Source: a virus (taxonomy: Duplodnaviria > Caudoviricetes). From it: a DNA stretch of 64,000 nt. The notes below the pieces were generated by a model, which saw nothing but the letters and a program-made list of their open reading frames with translations, made no database searches and had not been told where the DNA came from. Of the stretch, positions 28,527 through 38,357 are shown one piece after another. The position numbers were made by a program, and so were the translations under genes. Location: positions 64,001-128,000 of IMG/VR virus record IMGVR_UViG_3300010049_000011. One strand, given 5' to 3'. Numbering within the stretch: position 1 is the stretch's first letter; each line of letters opens with the position of its first letter.

Positions 28527-28673
28527 GTGGATAAACAGAATCTATTAGAGCAGCTTGGAGTGTCCCAGGCCCCTGTTCAAGAACAAATAGTTAAGATAAA
28601 CGAGACAGGTACTCACGTAGCCTACCTGAACGAGGACTCTCAGATGGTTGTTAAAACGATCCTCAACGGTTAA
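28527..28673 (+). CDS. Small hypothetical (possible prohead core) protein
   Basis: GTG start with GAGG; 48 aa with LLE/INE/LNE motifs. Confidence 0.5.
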   Translation: MDKQNLLEQLGVSQAPVQEQIVKINETGTHVAYLNEDSQMVVKTILNG

Positions 28674-28687
28674 GGAAGGATTTAGTT

Positions 28688-29149
28688 TTGAACCCTCTAG
28701 TATTGTCTTATTATGCGTCAGTTAAAAATCTAAGAGATGAAAAACACTCTTACGTTTTCGCATTCAGGTTTTACAACTACATAATCGAGTGCGATGTACC
28801 GTTTGCTAGAGGGGATGTGTTAGAGATAATCTCCCTTGAATGCGGAGATAAGTACAAGAAGATTACTGTAAAAGTTAAGGAAGATTTTCAAGGAGACAGA
28901 AAGACCTTGAAAACATTAATATTTACATCTGTTCGCATGATATATAGTAGGTATAGTTCTTTTGACTTTGTCTCTAGAGATGTGTCTAAGCTAGATCTTT
29001 ACGATAAATCAGAATTTTTAATTAATCACAATCTGTCTGTTGTTTGTGCGGTTTTAGTCGCGGAAGGTAAGCATGTTGCCACCCTGGTGGATAAATACCT
29101 AAAGAACAAGCTACAGTTAAAGTATGACCTTAAATTTATAGAGGTATAA
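28688..29149 (+). CDS. Hypothetical protein
   Basis: 153-aa ORF with RBS. Confidence 0.6.
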   Translation: MNPLVLSYYASVKNLRDEKHSYVFAFRFYNYIIECDVPFARGDVLEIISLECGDKYKKITVKVKEDFQGDRKTLKTLIFTSVRMIYSRYSSFDFVSRDVSKLDLYDKSEFLINHNLSVVCAVLVAEGKHVATLVDKYLKNKLQLKYDLKFIEV

Positions 29150-29151
29150 GT

Positions 29152-30879
29152 ATGTCGAAGATAATAGACCAAATCAGGGGCCTCTCTAAGAGATCTACAA
29201 TAATTGAGGGCCTCTCTTACAATGCTAAATCTAAAACGGCAACCGTAGGGGTAGACAATAAGTACCTCAACAACTTAAAAGAGTTTGCTCGTAGACAAGG
29301 TCTAGACATTAAGACCGATAGGGAAGGTAAATATATAACAATCCCTGGAGGATACTCTAGAGATGAGCAGAACTCCTTTATATCTGATTGGCTTACCTCG
29401 TTCAATCTTCCTGGGACTGAAGTAGTTAAATCTTATTACGACGCTTACGACCTTATGGATTCCAACGTCAGTTTGATAACCTTAGCTCTCGATACTTACG
29501 CAGATGAAGCTCTGTCTGTTGGGTTCCTCGACAACGACCCTCTCAAGATAGAGATATCTGATAAAGAGATTCAGGAGAAAGTAGAGAAGGTACTAGATAT
29601 TAATAAGTACTATAAGAAACAGCGTGGTATAGTTAGATCTCTCGCCAAATACGGGGACATAGGAATCGAGTTACAACCGGAAGGGGTAGTGTCTGAAGAG
29701 CATAGTATTAAGTTAACAACTAGGAGAGCGACTTTAATCACCCCTATCGTGATGGATGACTCAGAAGTAATCTCTTCTTTCAAAATTAAGATGGATCTAA
29801 AGCGTCTGTCGCGCCTCAGGAACTTTACTAAGACACGCTCTGAGAGAGTGGTTCAATCCTACGACTTTGCCTACTATTCCCTTTACGACGAAGAACTGTT
29901 CCCGTACGGTCGGTCTATGCTGTATAACGCCAAACCTATAGCTGACCAGCTTACAACTCTAGAGACTCTTCTGGCTCTTGGCCGCGCTAATAATGTAAAT
30001 CGCTTAATTATTAAGGTTCCCGCTCCTGAAGGAGACGCTGTTGAAGCCTTCGAGAAAGTCTCGCAAGTTAAAGGGATGTATAAAAACACTCTGTTCGACG
30101 AACCTAACCTAGGTCAGAAGGCTGGTAGGAAGATTCCGGGTGTGAACGAGATACTTTGGATGCCTAATACCGAAGGGTTCGATATATCGAACCTAAAAGT
30201 CGATGTTAATATGGCAGACACTGCTGACGTTGACCATTTTGAAAATAAATTAAAAGACGCCACGAGGCTGCCCAAGGGCTTCTTCTCGGGTGATGAAGTA
30301 ACTTCCCGAGGGGGTGCATTAGCCGAACAAGACTTGAAGTTCTCTCGGTTACTCCTCACGCTCCAGGACGCGTATTGTGAGGGAGTAGCTGATCTTGTTC
30401 TCCGAATAATCCTTAAACTGGGATGTGAGATTACAGACGATCTAGAGATTAAAGTCTCCCTAGAGAAACCGATACAGCTCTCTGCAGACATGATCGCTCA
30501 ATTCTCAGATAAGATTAATCTCGCTAAAGAATTCCTCAGCCTGAACTCTGAAATAACGGCAGTTCCAGGGCAGGAATCCCCCAAACCTATGGTGCAATCT
30601 AACGCTTATCAGCTCCTACAGCTTCTCGGTATACCCGAACAGATAGCTAAGTTGGTTACATCTGTGGGTGCCCTCGAAGTTATGCCTAAGGCCCAGGATA
30701 ATTTCCTGCTAGGCCAGAAGGTTGCAATATCTGAAGGTAGTAAGAACGAAAGCAAGAATAAAGACGTAAAGGATTCTGGGTACTCAATAAGAGTCCCGAT
30801 TACATCTTATACTTTAAAGTGTAAGGACACTGCTCCTAAGACTCTGATAGAATCGTGCCGAAATCCTGTAAAGGTCTAG
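29152..30879 (+). CDS. Portal protein (T4 gp20-like)
   Basis: ALDTYADEA, R.LAKYGD, PYGRSML, D.DHF..KL..RLP.GF, LAEQDLKFSR. Confidence 0.9.
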   Translation: MSKIIDQIRGLSKRSTIIEGLSYNAKSKTATVGVDNKYLNNLKEFARRQGLDIKTDREGKYITIPGGYSRDEQNSFISDWLTSFNLPGTEVVKSYYDAYDLMDSNVSLITLALDTYADEALSVGFLDNDPLKIEISDKEIQEKVEKVLDINKYYKKQRGIVRSLAKYGDIGIELQPEGVVSEEHSIKLTTRRATLITPIVMDDSEVISSFKIKMDLKRLSRLRNFTKTRSERVVQSYDFAYYSLYDEELFPYGRSMLYNAKPIADQLTTLETLLALGRANNVNRLIIKVPAPEGDAVEAFEKVSQVKGMYKNTLFDEPNLGQKAGRKIPGVNEILWMPNTEGFDISNLKVDVNMADTADVDHFENKLKDATRLPKGFFSGDEVTSRGGALAEQDLKFSRLLLTLQDAYCEGVADLVLRIILKLGCEITDDLEIKVSLEKPIQLSADMIAQFSDKINLAKEFLSLNSEITAVPGQESPKPMVQSNAYQLLQLLGIPEQIAKLVTSVGALEVMPKAQDNFLLGQKVAISEGSKNESKNKDVKDSGYSIRVPITSYTLKCKDTAPKTLIESCRNPVKV

Positions 30880-30881
30880 GC

Positions 30882-31214
30882 ATGAAGCTTCCGGATCTCT
30901 TTATTCTTAGGTTCAATCCCGACGATAACTTAAACCAGGTTAGTATAGAGGATCCCTTAAACAAACAGAGGTTTAGATATGGGTTCGAACCTTTCTTCTT
31001 CGCTTTAGGGGGGAAATTAACCGAGGACTTAATTGACAAGGTTAAGAGCCTACTGTTTGGGGGAGAGCAAGTAATAATAAACTACGATGCTGGGAAGATC
31101 TACAGAGAGAAGAAGAGCGACACACCTCCCGAACTACAATTCTTCCTAAACGAGATGAAAGAATTTAGAGAAGACATAGATTCTGGAAATAAAAAAGGAG
31201 TTACACAATGGTAA
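30882..31214 (+). CDS. Hypothetical protein
   Basis: ATG 30882 after the portal stop. Confidence 0.55.
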   Translation: MKLPDLFILRFNPDDNLNQVSIEDPLNKQRFRYGFEPFFFALGGKLTEDLIDKVKSLLFGGEQVIINYDAGKIYREKKSDTPPELQFFLNEMKEFREDIDSGNKKGVTQW

Positions 31215-31504
31215 GGTTGGTACCAACGGCTACTACTAAGACTTTAGTGTTAAACACTAAAACTCTAACAGAGGAGGAGAAGAGAGATTTAGACGCCATC
31301 CTCAGGGACGTCTTCTCCTCAGAGAAGGGTAACAAGTTTTACGATAACGTGTCCTACATGAGAGAGAACTCTAAGACGTGGGATTTCTTGTTTCCTGACG
31401 AAACTCCCGCAATATATGTTCCGATTAGAGATATGTTTTATAAACTGGATCCGGACCTACAGTTTCTTATTATGGGATATATAGTCTCTCGTCGGCAGTT
31501 CTAA
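31208..31504 (+). CDS. Hypothetical protein
   Basis: AGGAG RBS, 98 aa. Confidence 0.6.
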   Translation: MVRLVPTATTKTLVLNTKTLTEEEKRDLDAILRDVFSSEKGNKFYDNVSYMRENSKTWDFLFPDETPAIYVPIRDMFYKLDPDLQFLIMGYIVSRRQF

Positions 31505-31506
31505 AT
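31498..31506 (+). promoter_or_regulatory. Putative late promoter GTTCTAAAT
   Basis: GTTCTAAATCCTAG identical to the copy at 1477. Confidence 0.6.
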
Positions 31507-31554
31507 CCTAGGATATTCCCTCTATTATGTCGTTCTCTCTAGGTATATACATCA

Positions 31555-33090
31555 GTGTCTAAAGAAATTCTCATCGAATCCAGTGGATTCTCTGTAGGTC
31601 TATCTGACTTCGAGTCCTCTAAATCCCTAGTCGAATCTGTTGACGGAAATAAGCCCTTCCTAATAAAGAGGGTGCCTTGTTCTATACTCAATAAAAACAC
31701 TCTCAATGGTAGGTTTTATTCCACAGACGTTGTTAAAGCGTCTTTAATAAAAGCTGTTGAGGCTATGAAAGCTAAACGCCTGATATGCCAGGGGGATGAT
31801 CACCCAGTAAAGACATCTTATGTAAAACCCACACACACCTCGCACGTAGTCGTCAATGCTTGGGTCGAACCTCTTAAGAATAAAAGAGGGGAGACTAACG
31901 ACGTCTTGTTTAACGATTGGTTGATAATCCCTACTGTCGAGGGGGATAATCTTAAAGCGCTTATAACTTCTGGGGTATCTTTTGGTACATCGATCAGAGG
32001 TCTGGGGGAAGTTGTCGGAGGAAAAGTCTCGGACTACGAGTTCCTAGGAACCGATGTAGTAGGGAATCCTGCGTCTGGTACCTTCTCTGAAATGTATGAC
32101 GGGTCTAAAATGGTTGTTGAGTCCTGCGAGACGGATGAGGCTGTAAAGTCTTTGACTGAAGAGGCTAACGTCTATTCCTCGGAAGAGACCGCAAACGTCG
32201 AAGGCGAGTGGGCTGAGAATCTAGCCAATAACGAGGGAGGAGACGTAAACCTCTCTAGTGTTGCTGAGAAGGTCGAAGTTGAGATTGAAAACTCTCCTGG
32301 AACCACGGTTGAAATAAAGACCGAAAAAGAAATTACTAACTCTACTATAGATAAATCTAGCTCTGAAGGAAATACCATGGACGCTGTAAACAATGTAGCT
32401 GCTTCCGAGAACGCTCTCGAGAACGGCACAAAAGTGGAAGTCAATATGGGTGACGGTAAGGTAGCGACTGGCGATGTTATTTCGACTGTCCCTGCGTCTG
32501 ACGGTGAACCCGAAAAGGCTTTCGTAAAGATAGATTCAATCGTGAACACTGAAGGTTCTGCCAAAAACGACGGCGCTGCACTTAATGCGGCCCTCGATAA
32601 CGCGAACATTGCTATGCGTGATCTTGAGAATCTGAAGATCGAAAACGCCGCTCTTAACAATACTGTGAAAGATAAAGAATCTGAGATCAATAATCTCGGT
32701 GAATCCGTCAAGAAGCTCTCTAAGCTTCTTGAAGCTGCTCTCTTGAAAGCCGCTGAGGTTCGTAAAGAATTCGGGGACCGCAACTTCGAGCAATACGAAG
32801 ATGCTGTGAACGACTGGGCTGAGAAAGAGACTAAAAGGGCCGTAGCAAATAACGCTAAGCTCTTACATGAAGCTATGCTGCATGCCCGCACACTCCATCG
32901 CGACCTTATGGAGCGCTACGAGGAAGTCACAGAAGCTCTTAAAGAGACTACCGCAGTCCGTAACGCAGCTATCCGCGTAGCGAACACCGTTACGACTGAG
33001 ATGCAGAAAGTCCGTGCCCTTAACAACAAGCGTTTCAATCGCGTAGAGTCTTACGCTGAGAAGATCCGCAACAAGAAAATGGGAGGCTAA
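31555..33090 (+). CDS. Prohead protease (gp21/S77-like) fused to a coiled-coil scaffold
   Basis: NGRFYS, DHP..SHVV, GTSIRGLG, DVVGNPAS; Ala/Glu coiled-coil C-terminal half. Confidence 0.9.
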   Translation: MSKEILIESSGFSVGLSDFESSKSLVESVDGNKPFLIKRVPCSILNKNTLNGRFYSTDVVKASLIKAVEAMKAKRLICQGDDHPVKTSYVKPTHTSHVVVNAWVEPLKNKRGETNDVLFNDWLIIPTVEGDNLKALITSGVSFGTSIRGLGEVVGGKVSDYEFLGTDVVGNPASGTFSEMYDGSKMVVESCETDEAVKSLTEEANVYSSEETANVEGEWAENLANNEGGDVNLSSVAEKVEVEIENSPGTTVEIKTEKEITNSTIDKSSSEGNTMDAVNNVAASENALENGTKVEVNMGDGKVATGDVISTVPASDGEPEKAFVKIDSIVNTEGSAKNDGAALNAALDNANIAMRDLENLKIENAALNNTVKDKESEINNLGESVKKLSKLLEAALLKAAEVRKEFGDRNFEQYEDAVNDWAEKETKRAVANNAKLLHEAMLHARTLHRDLMERYEEVTEALKETTAVRNAAIRVANTVTTEMQKVRALNNKRFNRVESYAEKIRNKKMGG

Positions 33091-33092
33091 CC

Positions 33093-33596
33093 ATGTCTAA
33101 ACGTATTAACCTGAAGTCTCTCGCGGAGAACTACGAAGCTGGTAAAAAAGCTATCTCTGAAGCTGCCGAGAAGAAAGCTCTAGCAGAGTCTTTTGAAGCT
33201 AAATCTGGTGAGGTGTGGAAACTTCCTAACGAATCTGTTATGCGTAAGTTCGTGAACGGGTACGCGACGAACGGAAACGAAATCACAGTTCCAGCTGGTA
33301 CTGAAGTTCTTGTTGTCGAACAACCTCGTGCCGGAACCAACTCTTATAAGGTGGCCTATAATAACACGATGTGGTTGGTCGATCCTGAGAACAGACTCGT
33401 TGTTACAGAATCTACTGAGGACGAAGACTCCGCAGAAGAAGGCGAAATTCGTTATCTGGTGGGAGAGATCGAGAGGGCTTGTAAAGTCCTTAAGGATTCC
33501 GTGAATAAAGGGAACTACGAGGCAGCTACTACCCCTACGAGGCTGCTCTACAACTATTGTTCCGACATTCTTCCTTTGTTGAGTAGAGTTTCCTAA
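33093..33596 (+). CDS. Prohead core/internal head protein
   Basis: Follows the scaffold; repeated LAE/ISE/VTES motifs. Confidence 0.5.
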   Translation: MSKRINLKSLAENYEAGKKAISEAAEKKALAESFEAKSGEVWKLPNESVMRKFVNGYATNGNEITVPAGTEVLVVEQPRAGTNSYKVAYNNTMWLVDPENRLVVTESTEDEDSAEEGEIRYLVGEIERACKVLKDSVNKGNYEAATTPTRLLYNYCSDILPLLSRVS

Positions 33597-33617
33597 GTCT
33601 TCACGAAACCACTTAAG

Positions 33618-33643
33618 AAGCCCTGCCTCCGGTGGGGCTTTTT
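33618..33643 (+). terminator. Rho-independent terminator
   Basis: AAGCCCTGCC-TCC-GGTGGGGCTT followed by a T run. Confidence 0.85.
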
Positions 33644-33687
33644 CGTTTACCCTTCTACGTGTTTGGGTCACTACTTTAGGAGGAGTT

Positions 33688-33924
33688 ATGGTAAAAGTTT
33701 CCACTTTGATTTTTTGCTTGTTGCTTGGTTTCTTCACGGGGTATTCTTTCGGTGTTAGTCCGTCGATCTATTTCTTGAACGATAACATTATACACAAGAA
33801 CGCTGTTGCAGAGTACTGTTACAATCTTCTTAAGTCTTCTCACGGCAGTGCTGCGTTTTCTCGACACGTTATAGATTGTGACGACACGCTGCGTAAGATA
33901 GAGGAGGGAACCTATGAAAATTAA
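33688..33924 (+). CDS. Small membrane/secreted protein
   Basis: AGGAGG RBS; hydrophobic N-terminus. Confidence 0.6.
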   Translation: MVKVSTLIFCLLLGFFTGYSFGVSPSIYFLNDNIIHKNAVAEYCYNLLKSSHGSAAFSRHVIDCDDTLRKIEEGTYEN

Positions 33925-34399
33925 AGTATCTAAAAAGTCCCCTTGCCTAGAGATAATCAACGTAGACTACGTGGACGTAAAAGGAAACAAAAACAAACTA
34001 GTCGACGTTTATCTACAGGTTCCTGGGTTACAAGACGTAAACGGGTGTGGTGTGTTTCTGGGAAGTCTAGTTTACCCTCTCAAGAAATTCCTTTGTGAGA
34101 CAAAGAGGTATCCCGCCGAGAATGCTTTCTTCGGGGAAGAATCTGTAGAGAAGGAGGTTCCTTTACCTGAAGGGTTCGAGAATGTCTGTGAGAAGCAAGT
34201 AGGAAAAGACGAAAGGATCTATCGTTGGGCCTTCGATTCAAGGGAACCTCCTCTACAGGTTGTGTACTCTAAGAACAGATTTGGGTTTTGTCTCAGAGAT
34301 AGAAAAGGTAATCTTTCTAGGCTTAACTTTAAAGATCTTTATTTCGTCGCAGGCCACAAGATCTCTGAAATCGAGAAGGTAAAACGTGAATACTCCTAA
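33914..34399 (+). CDS. Hypothetical protein
   Basis: GGAGG RBS, 161 aa. Confidence 0.6.
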   Translation: MKIKVSKKSPCLEIINVDYVDVKGNKNKLVDVYLQVPGLQDVNGCGVFLGSLVYPLKKFLCETKRYPAENAFFGEESVEKEVPLPEGFENVCEKQVGKDERIYRWAFDSREPPLQVVYSKNRFGFCLRDRKGNLSRLNFKDLYFVAGHKISEIEKVKREYS

Positions 34400-35282
34400 A
34401 TTATTTATACAGGCGGGGATAAGTGGAACGGGAAAGGGGGTAAGAGTATCCAGCCTCCTGGAATTTCTTAAGACCAAATTCGCTTGTGAATCTTACGTGA
34501 TAGAGGAGTGTAACGGGTTCTTGTTCAAGAACCCTCCTCAGATAGCCGTAACCTTCCCGGAGATTAAGGTCGCCTTTATCGGGAAGTGGGTTAGATCTAA
34601 TAAGGGAGAGAGGTTAATATCTTTCCAGGGTTTAGACGCCTACTCGTTCGATGGAGGAAAATCCTATCCGGCACTATGCGAGTACTTCTTGTCTAGAGGG
34701 TTCCATCTATTCGTAGAGGGTTATTTTGCATTTAACGCTAGGATGGTTAACTTCCTTAAGGCAATCGGGTACTTACTTAACGACAGAAGCATACCTGAGT
34801 TTGCAGGAAATAAGTATTTTCCGAGCATAGTGCATTGGTTGTACTCCGACGTCGAAGAACTCCAACAGAGAATGCTTCAGAGGTCTGGGTCTCGTATAAA
34901 GGGAACTTGTTGGGGAGACAATAAATCCTGCAATAAACCTGAGAACCAGAAGATCCGTTTGAAAGAAATGCAGGAATTTTCTTGGGGAGAAGGCCGAGGG
35001 ATCGTAACTCCCGTAGAATACTCTTTTAAGAACGCTCAGGAAGACCCCATCTATTACGGAATGGTGTGTCTCGCGAAGATTGGTTACTCAGACCTCGCAA
35101 AACAGTACGCAGAGTCTGGAATAAACACTCACAGGTCCGTGAACGATCCTGAAGGGAACTCTAAGTATTCTAGGAATATCCCTACGGACTCTTCTACGAT
35201 CCATCGGATTAAAATCTCCGACAAACTTTGCAACGAAATATTTACCAATCCCCGTGGTGGGGTTAAAAAGAAGGAGGCGTAA
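34386..35282 (+). CDS. P-loop kinase, 5-hmdU DNA kinase-like
   Basis: AGISGTGKG Walker A, FIGKW..QGLD, LFVEG, R..RSG lid; co-occurs with the amino acid:DNA transferase and dUMP hydroxymethylase. Confidence 0.65.
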   Translation: MNTPKLFIQAGISGTGKGVRVSSLLEFLKTKFACESYVIEECNGFLFKNPPQIAVTFPEIKVAFIGKWVRSNKGERLISFQGLDAYSFDGGKSYPALCEYFLSRGFHLFVEGYFAFNARMVNFLKAIGYLLNDRSIPEFAGNKYFPSIVHWLYSDVEELQQRMLQRSGSRIKGTCWGDNKSCNKPENQKIRLKEMQEFSWGEGRGIVTPVEYSFKNAQEDPIYYGMVCLAKIGYSDLAKQYAESGINTHRSVNDPEGNSKYSRNIPTDSSTIHRIKISDKLCNEIFTNPRGGVKKKEA

Positions 35283-35863
35283 TGGATTGGGGGTACATAC
35301 TTCTCTCTTTAGGAATTATTTGTGCGGGAGTTAGTTTGGTTAAGTGGGGTCTAGATCAGAAACACCCTGCTTACTACATTATAGGTTATAACAACAAATA
35401 TCCCATAGGAATCTTAGGAATAGGAGACAATTTCTTCTACGATACCGAGTATTTAAAAAGCTTCACCTTCAAATTCTGGGCCAATAGATACCTAAAGGTC
35501 TTGGTTAATAGGCGGAAGAGTAGGAGTATGGAATCTAAGTATGAGGTTATATACTTGAGAGACTCCACAGACCTTGTGTCTGAGACGAGTAAAATAAGGG
35601 AGGAGAGCTTGAGAAAACATAGAGAGTGTAATGGAGCGTTCTTCGGGGAAGAACCTAAACCAGAACCTATATTAAGGAAGTGGAGGCCCGCAACTATTCC
35701 CTCCGGGGTAAAGAAGGGTTCTCTAAAGAGGATCTTGAGTAAAGATCTACCTAAGAAGAAAAGAGTCAGTAGATCTCCTGCTGTGAAAATTATTTCCCTA
35801 GCGGATCTTAAAGGTAAGAAGCTCGGAGTTACTAAGGCAGGAGTGCTTAAACTCGTAAGTTAA
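35282..35863 (+). CDS. Hypothetical membrane-anchored basic protein
   Basis: N-terminal TM helix, Lys/Arg-rich tail. Confidence 0.55.
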   Translation: MDWGYILLSLGIICAGVSLVKWGLDQKHPAYYIIGYNNKYPIGILGIGDNFFYDTEYLKSFTFKFWANRYLKVLVNRRKSRSMESKYEVIYLRDSTDLVSETSKIREESLRKHRECNGAFFGEEPKPEPILRKWRPATIPSGVKKGSLKRILSKDLPKKKRVSRSPAVKIISLADLKGKKLGVTKAGVLKLVS

Positions 35864-35897
35864 GTAAGTCTATTATCAGTGTCGAGGAGAATATCTA

Positions 35898-36149
35898 ATG
35901 CCTAAAATTTATGTCCGTGTCGGTGAAGAAGACAAAGTAAGAGAACCCTTGAAGAAAGAAGACGTCTCTAGGTGTGAACAGATAAAACCAGAAGACATCG
36001 TTAAGTTTGACGGCAAGATGGTTCAGTACAGGTTTGGGGTGATCGGAGAATACCGAGAAGCTGTAAAGGAAGACGTTTATATTGAAGGCGTTCTCAGATG
36101 GTGTGGTAAATTCTATACAAGAAACTTTAATGGAGGAATAGTAGAGTGA
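35898..36149 (+). CDS. Hypothetical protein
   Basis: GAGGAG RBS. Confidence 0.6.
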   Translation: MPKIYVRVGEEDKVREPLKKEDVSRCEQIKPEDIVKFDGKMVQYRFGVIGEYREAVKEDVYIEGVLRWCGKFYTRNFNGGIVE

Positions 36150-36796
36150 AAACAAGAAGGATTGCAGGAGTAGGGGCAGGAGGGTCAGGAAAGACCACTA
36201 CCTTAGATCTCGTAGCGAAGAAGCTTAATATTCCAGTGGAACAAGTAACCACTAAACAGGTCAGAGATAAGTACTTACTAAACTCCCAAAACGAGATACT
36301 CGCTGTCGGGAATACAGTACCTCACATAGGGATAGCTTTTCAAGAAGAGATGATAAGAACCCGGAAGGACCACTTTGATTTTTTATGTGACGGGAAATGT
36401 GTTACTGAGTTCTGCACCGACCGCACCCCGTTAGACTCTCTGGCTTATACATACTTGCAGAACTCTTATTGGGATACCGAAGAGCATATAAACGTGTTGA
36501 AGGATCTCGTCAGAGACTCTGCTGATAATTATGACTATATTTTTATGTTCCCTACTGCAGTGTTCCCTATAGAAAATAACGGGCAGCGCGGTTTGAATAG
36601 AGAATATCATAGGATGGTCGAGACGGTTATTCGTTGGCTTGCCCCCCAAGTTGGGTACGAGCTAATCGACGTACCAGTGTTCGACGATCTGGAAGCCCGC
36701 GCTCAGTGGATTTGTGATTACGTGAGTGGGGTATTCGAAACAGAAAAGATTAAAGAGATGGTGGACGATGTAGATTTTATCCACGAAGCGAGGTAA
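36146..36796 (+). CDS. P-loop nucleotide kinase (AAA_28/dNMP kinase-like)
   Basis: GAGGSGKTT, TDRTPLDSLAY, YDYIF..ENNGQR. Confidence 0.8.
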   Translation: MKTRRIAGVGAGGSGKTTTLDLVAKKLNIPVEQVTTKQVRDKYLLNSQNEILAVGNTVPHIGIAFQEEMIRTRKDHFDFLCDGKCVTEFCTDRTPLDSLAYTYLQNSYWDTEEHINVLKDLVRDSADNYDYIFMFPTAVFPIENNGQRGLNREYHRMVETVIRWLAPQVGYELIDVPVFDDLEARAQWICDYVSGVFETEKIKEMVDDVDFIHEAR

Positions 36797-36797
36797 C

Positions 36798-37436
36798 ATG
36801 CTAACGTACATAGAAGTTTCGGACAAATTCGACAGCGCAAGAAAGTCTGGTGTTAGTACTGCAGAACTCAAAGTCTGGGCCGAGCTGAGACATCTATATC
36901 AGTACAAGGCTATAGAGTTGGGGACAGACCCAGAATCCTTAGAGGAAGACGTTAGATCTAAAATCGTAAACAAGGCTCTAAAAGAACATAGAGAGACCTT
37001 CAAGGACATCGTAAGATATCTGCACGAAGAAGGGAAGAATAGCCAAGACAAGGGTGTACTGTTCCAAACGCAACGAGCGAGCGAAGAAGAGAGAATTATT
37101 AAGGTCCTCGAGAGTTTGTCGCCTAAAGAGTTGACTGTTGAGGAGATAGAGAGGGAGATACATACTATAAAGTTCTCCGAGGACGTAACGGAGTGGAAAC
37201 AGGGTGATTGGGCGAAAAGGTTAAAGTCTGTTAAAGGTATGAGTATCGCTAGCGCGTTTGTTATTCTTAAGCGCTTGGGAATGCTGTGTCTGGCTTTAAC
37301 TGCGGCGGCCTGTTCCCCTACTAAGGAAGCTCCTGCTACGATCGTACGAACCGTACCTATCTACGTAGTTCAATCTTGCGATTGTACTTTCGTGAACTAC
37401 GGGGAATTAACTTGTAACGTGGAGGTATCAAACTAA
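36798..37436 (+). CDS. YqeY/GatB-like protein with a C-terminal lipoprotein-like tail
   Basis: ARKS..KALKEHRETF..EEERIIKVLESLSPKELTVEEIE; tail KRLGMLCLALTAAACS. Confidence 0.65.
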   Translation: MLTYIEVSDKFDSARKSGVSTAELKVWAELRHLYQYKAIELGTDPESLEEDVRSKIVNKALKEHRETFKDIVRYLHEEGKNSQDKGVLFQTQRASEEERIIKVLESLSPKELTVEEIEREIHTIKFSEDVTEWKQGDWAKRLKSVKGMSIASAFVILKRLGMLCLALTAAACSPTKEAPATIVRTVPIYVVQSCDCTFVNYGELTCNVEVSN

Positions 37437-38050
37437 TGTCTAAATCCGGGAAAACTCCTCTAGCATACAACAAAGCCTCCCTCTGTGATAGGAGAATAGA
37501 CTGGGAGAAGTATAAACCAACCCTGTGGGAATTGTTCCTAGCGGATTATTGGTATAACGGTTTCCTCCTACTATTCCGTAGAGGAACTTGGGTTAGGTTG
37601 TTACAGAGACTTACTAGGGGTTGGGACGATTCAGATACGTGGTCCTTAGATGTATCTGTAGCTAAGTTTTTGCTTCCTCGATTAAAGAGATATAGAGAGT
37701 TACGCCAAGGAGTCCCCGCGGATTTGTATAGAGTGTGTTGTATGAAGTACACTCATAAGAGAATCAAGTCTGGGCAGAAGTACGAGGGCGAAGAATGCTA
37801 CGAGTATATAAAAATAAAAAACGACTGGGAACTCACGGAGAAGCAGTCTAGGGACGTCCATAATAAGGCTGAAAAGATGTGGGATACGGAAATCCGCGAG
37901 ATGATAGATTGGCTTCAGGATATTGTGGACGAGAATTCGGATGAGTTCTTCTCTCCCAAGTTCCAAAGGATTAGCCACGAAGAACGCGGCAAACTTCGTG
38001 AAAGAGGAAAGAAATTGTATTGTGAACGGTTTGAGGACTTGTGGTGGTAG
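37436..38050 (+). CDS. Conserved phage hypothetical protein
   Basis: QRLTRGWDDSDTWSLD..LPRLKRY..GVP..EMI..F.DLWW. Confidence 0.65.
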   Translation: MSKSGKTPLAYNKASLCDRRIDWEKYKPTLWELFLADYWYNGFLLLFRRGTWVRLLQRLTRGWDDSDTWSLDVSVAKFLLPRLKRYRELRQGVPADLYRVCCMKYTHKRIKSGQKYEGEECYEYIKIKNDWELTEKQSRDVHNKAEKMWDTEIREMIDWLQDIVDENSDEFFSPKFQRISHEERGKLRERGKKLYCERFEDLWW

Positions 38051-38355
38051 CTGTGAATAAACTTACGTTAGGCCTATCGGCCACATCGATAGCACTTATC
38101 GGGCTGTTCTTCGGTCTCTGGAGATATAACGCCGCTAAGAGAGAGACTGCAGAGAATACAGTTAAAGAGAGGGATGCGACAATAAGCACTCTTAAGAAGG
38201 AAGTCGAGAACCAAGTAGCGTTCGTCAAGGCCAAGGATTATGAGAATAAGAAGATTCAGGCAGAGTACGAGTCGAGGTTAGCTTCGATCCCCAGAGACGA
38301 ATGCGGCGACGCTAAACCTTCTACGGAATTATTAAACTATTTGAGAGGGAACTAG
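38041..38355 (+). CDS. Putative i-spanin (Rz-like)
   Basis: N-terminal TM helix, coiled coil, C-terminal Cys..P. Confidence 0.6.
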   Translation: MVVAVNKLTLGLSATSIALIGLFFGLWRYNAAKRETAENTVKERDATISTLKKEVENQVAFVKAKDYENKKIQAEYESRLASIPRDECGDAKPSTELLNYLRGN

Positions 38356-38357
38356 TT

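Noticed and set aside
32172-32891. 239-aa minus-strand ORF and the many other short antisense or nested ORFs in the track
   Set aside because: They lie opposite or within well-supported genes, have no motifs, and reflect codon bias of the sense gene
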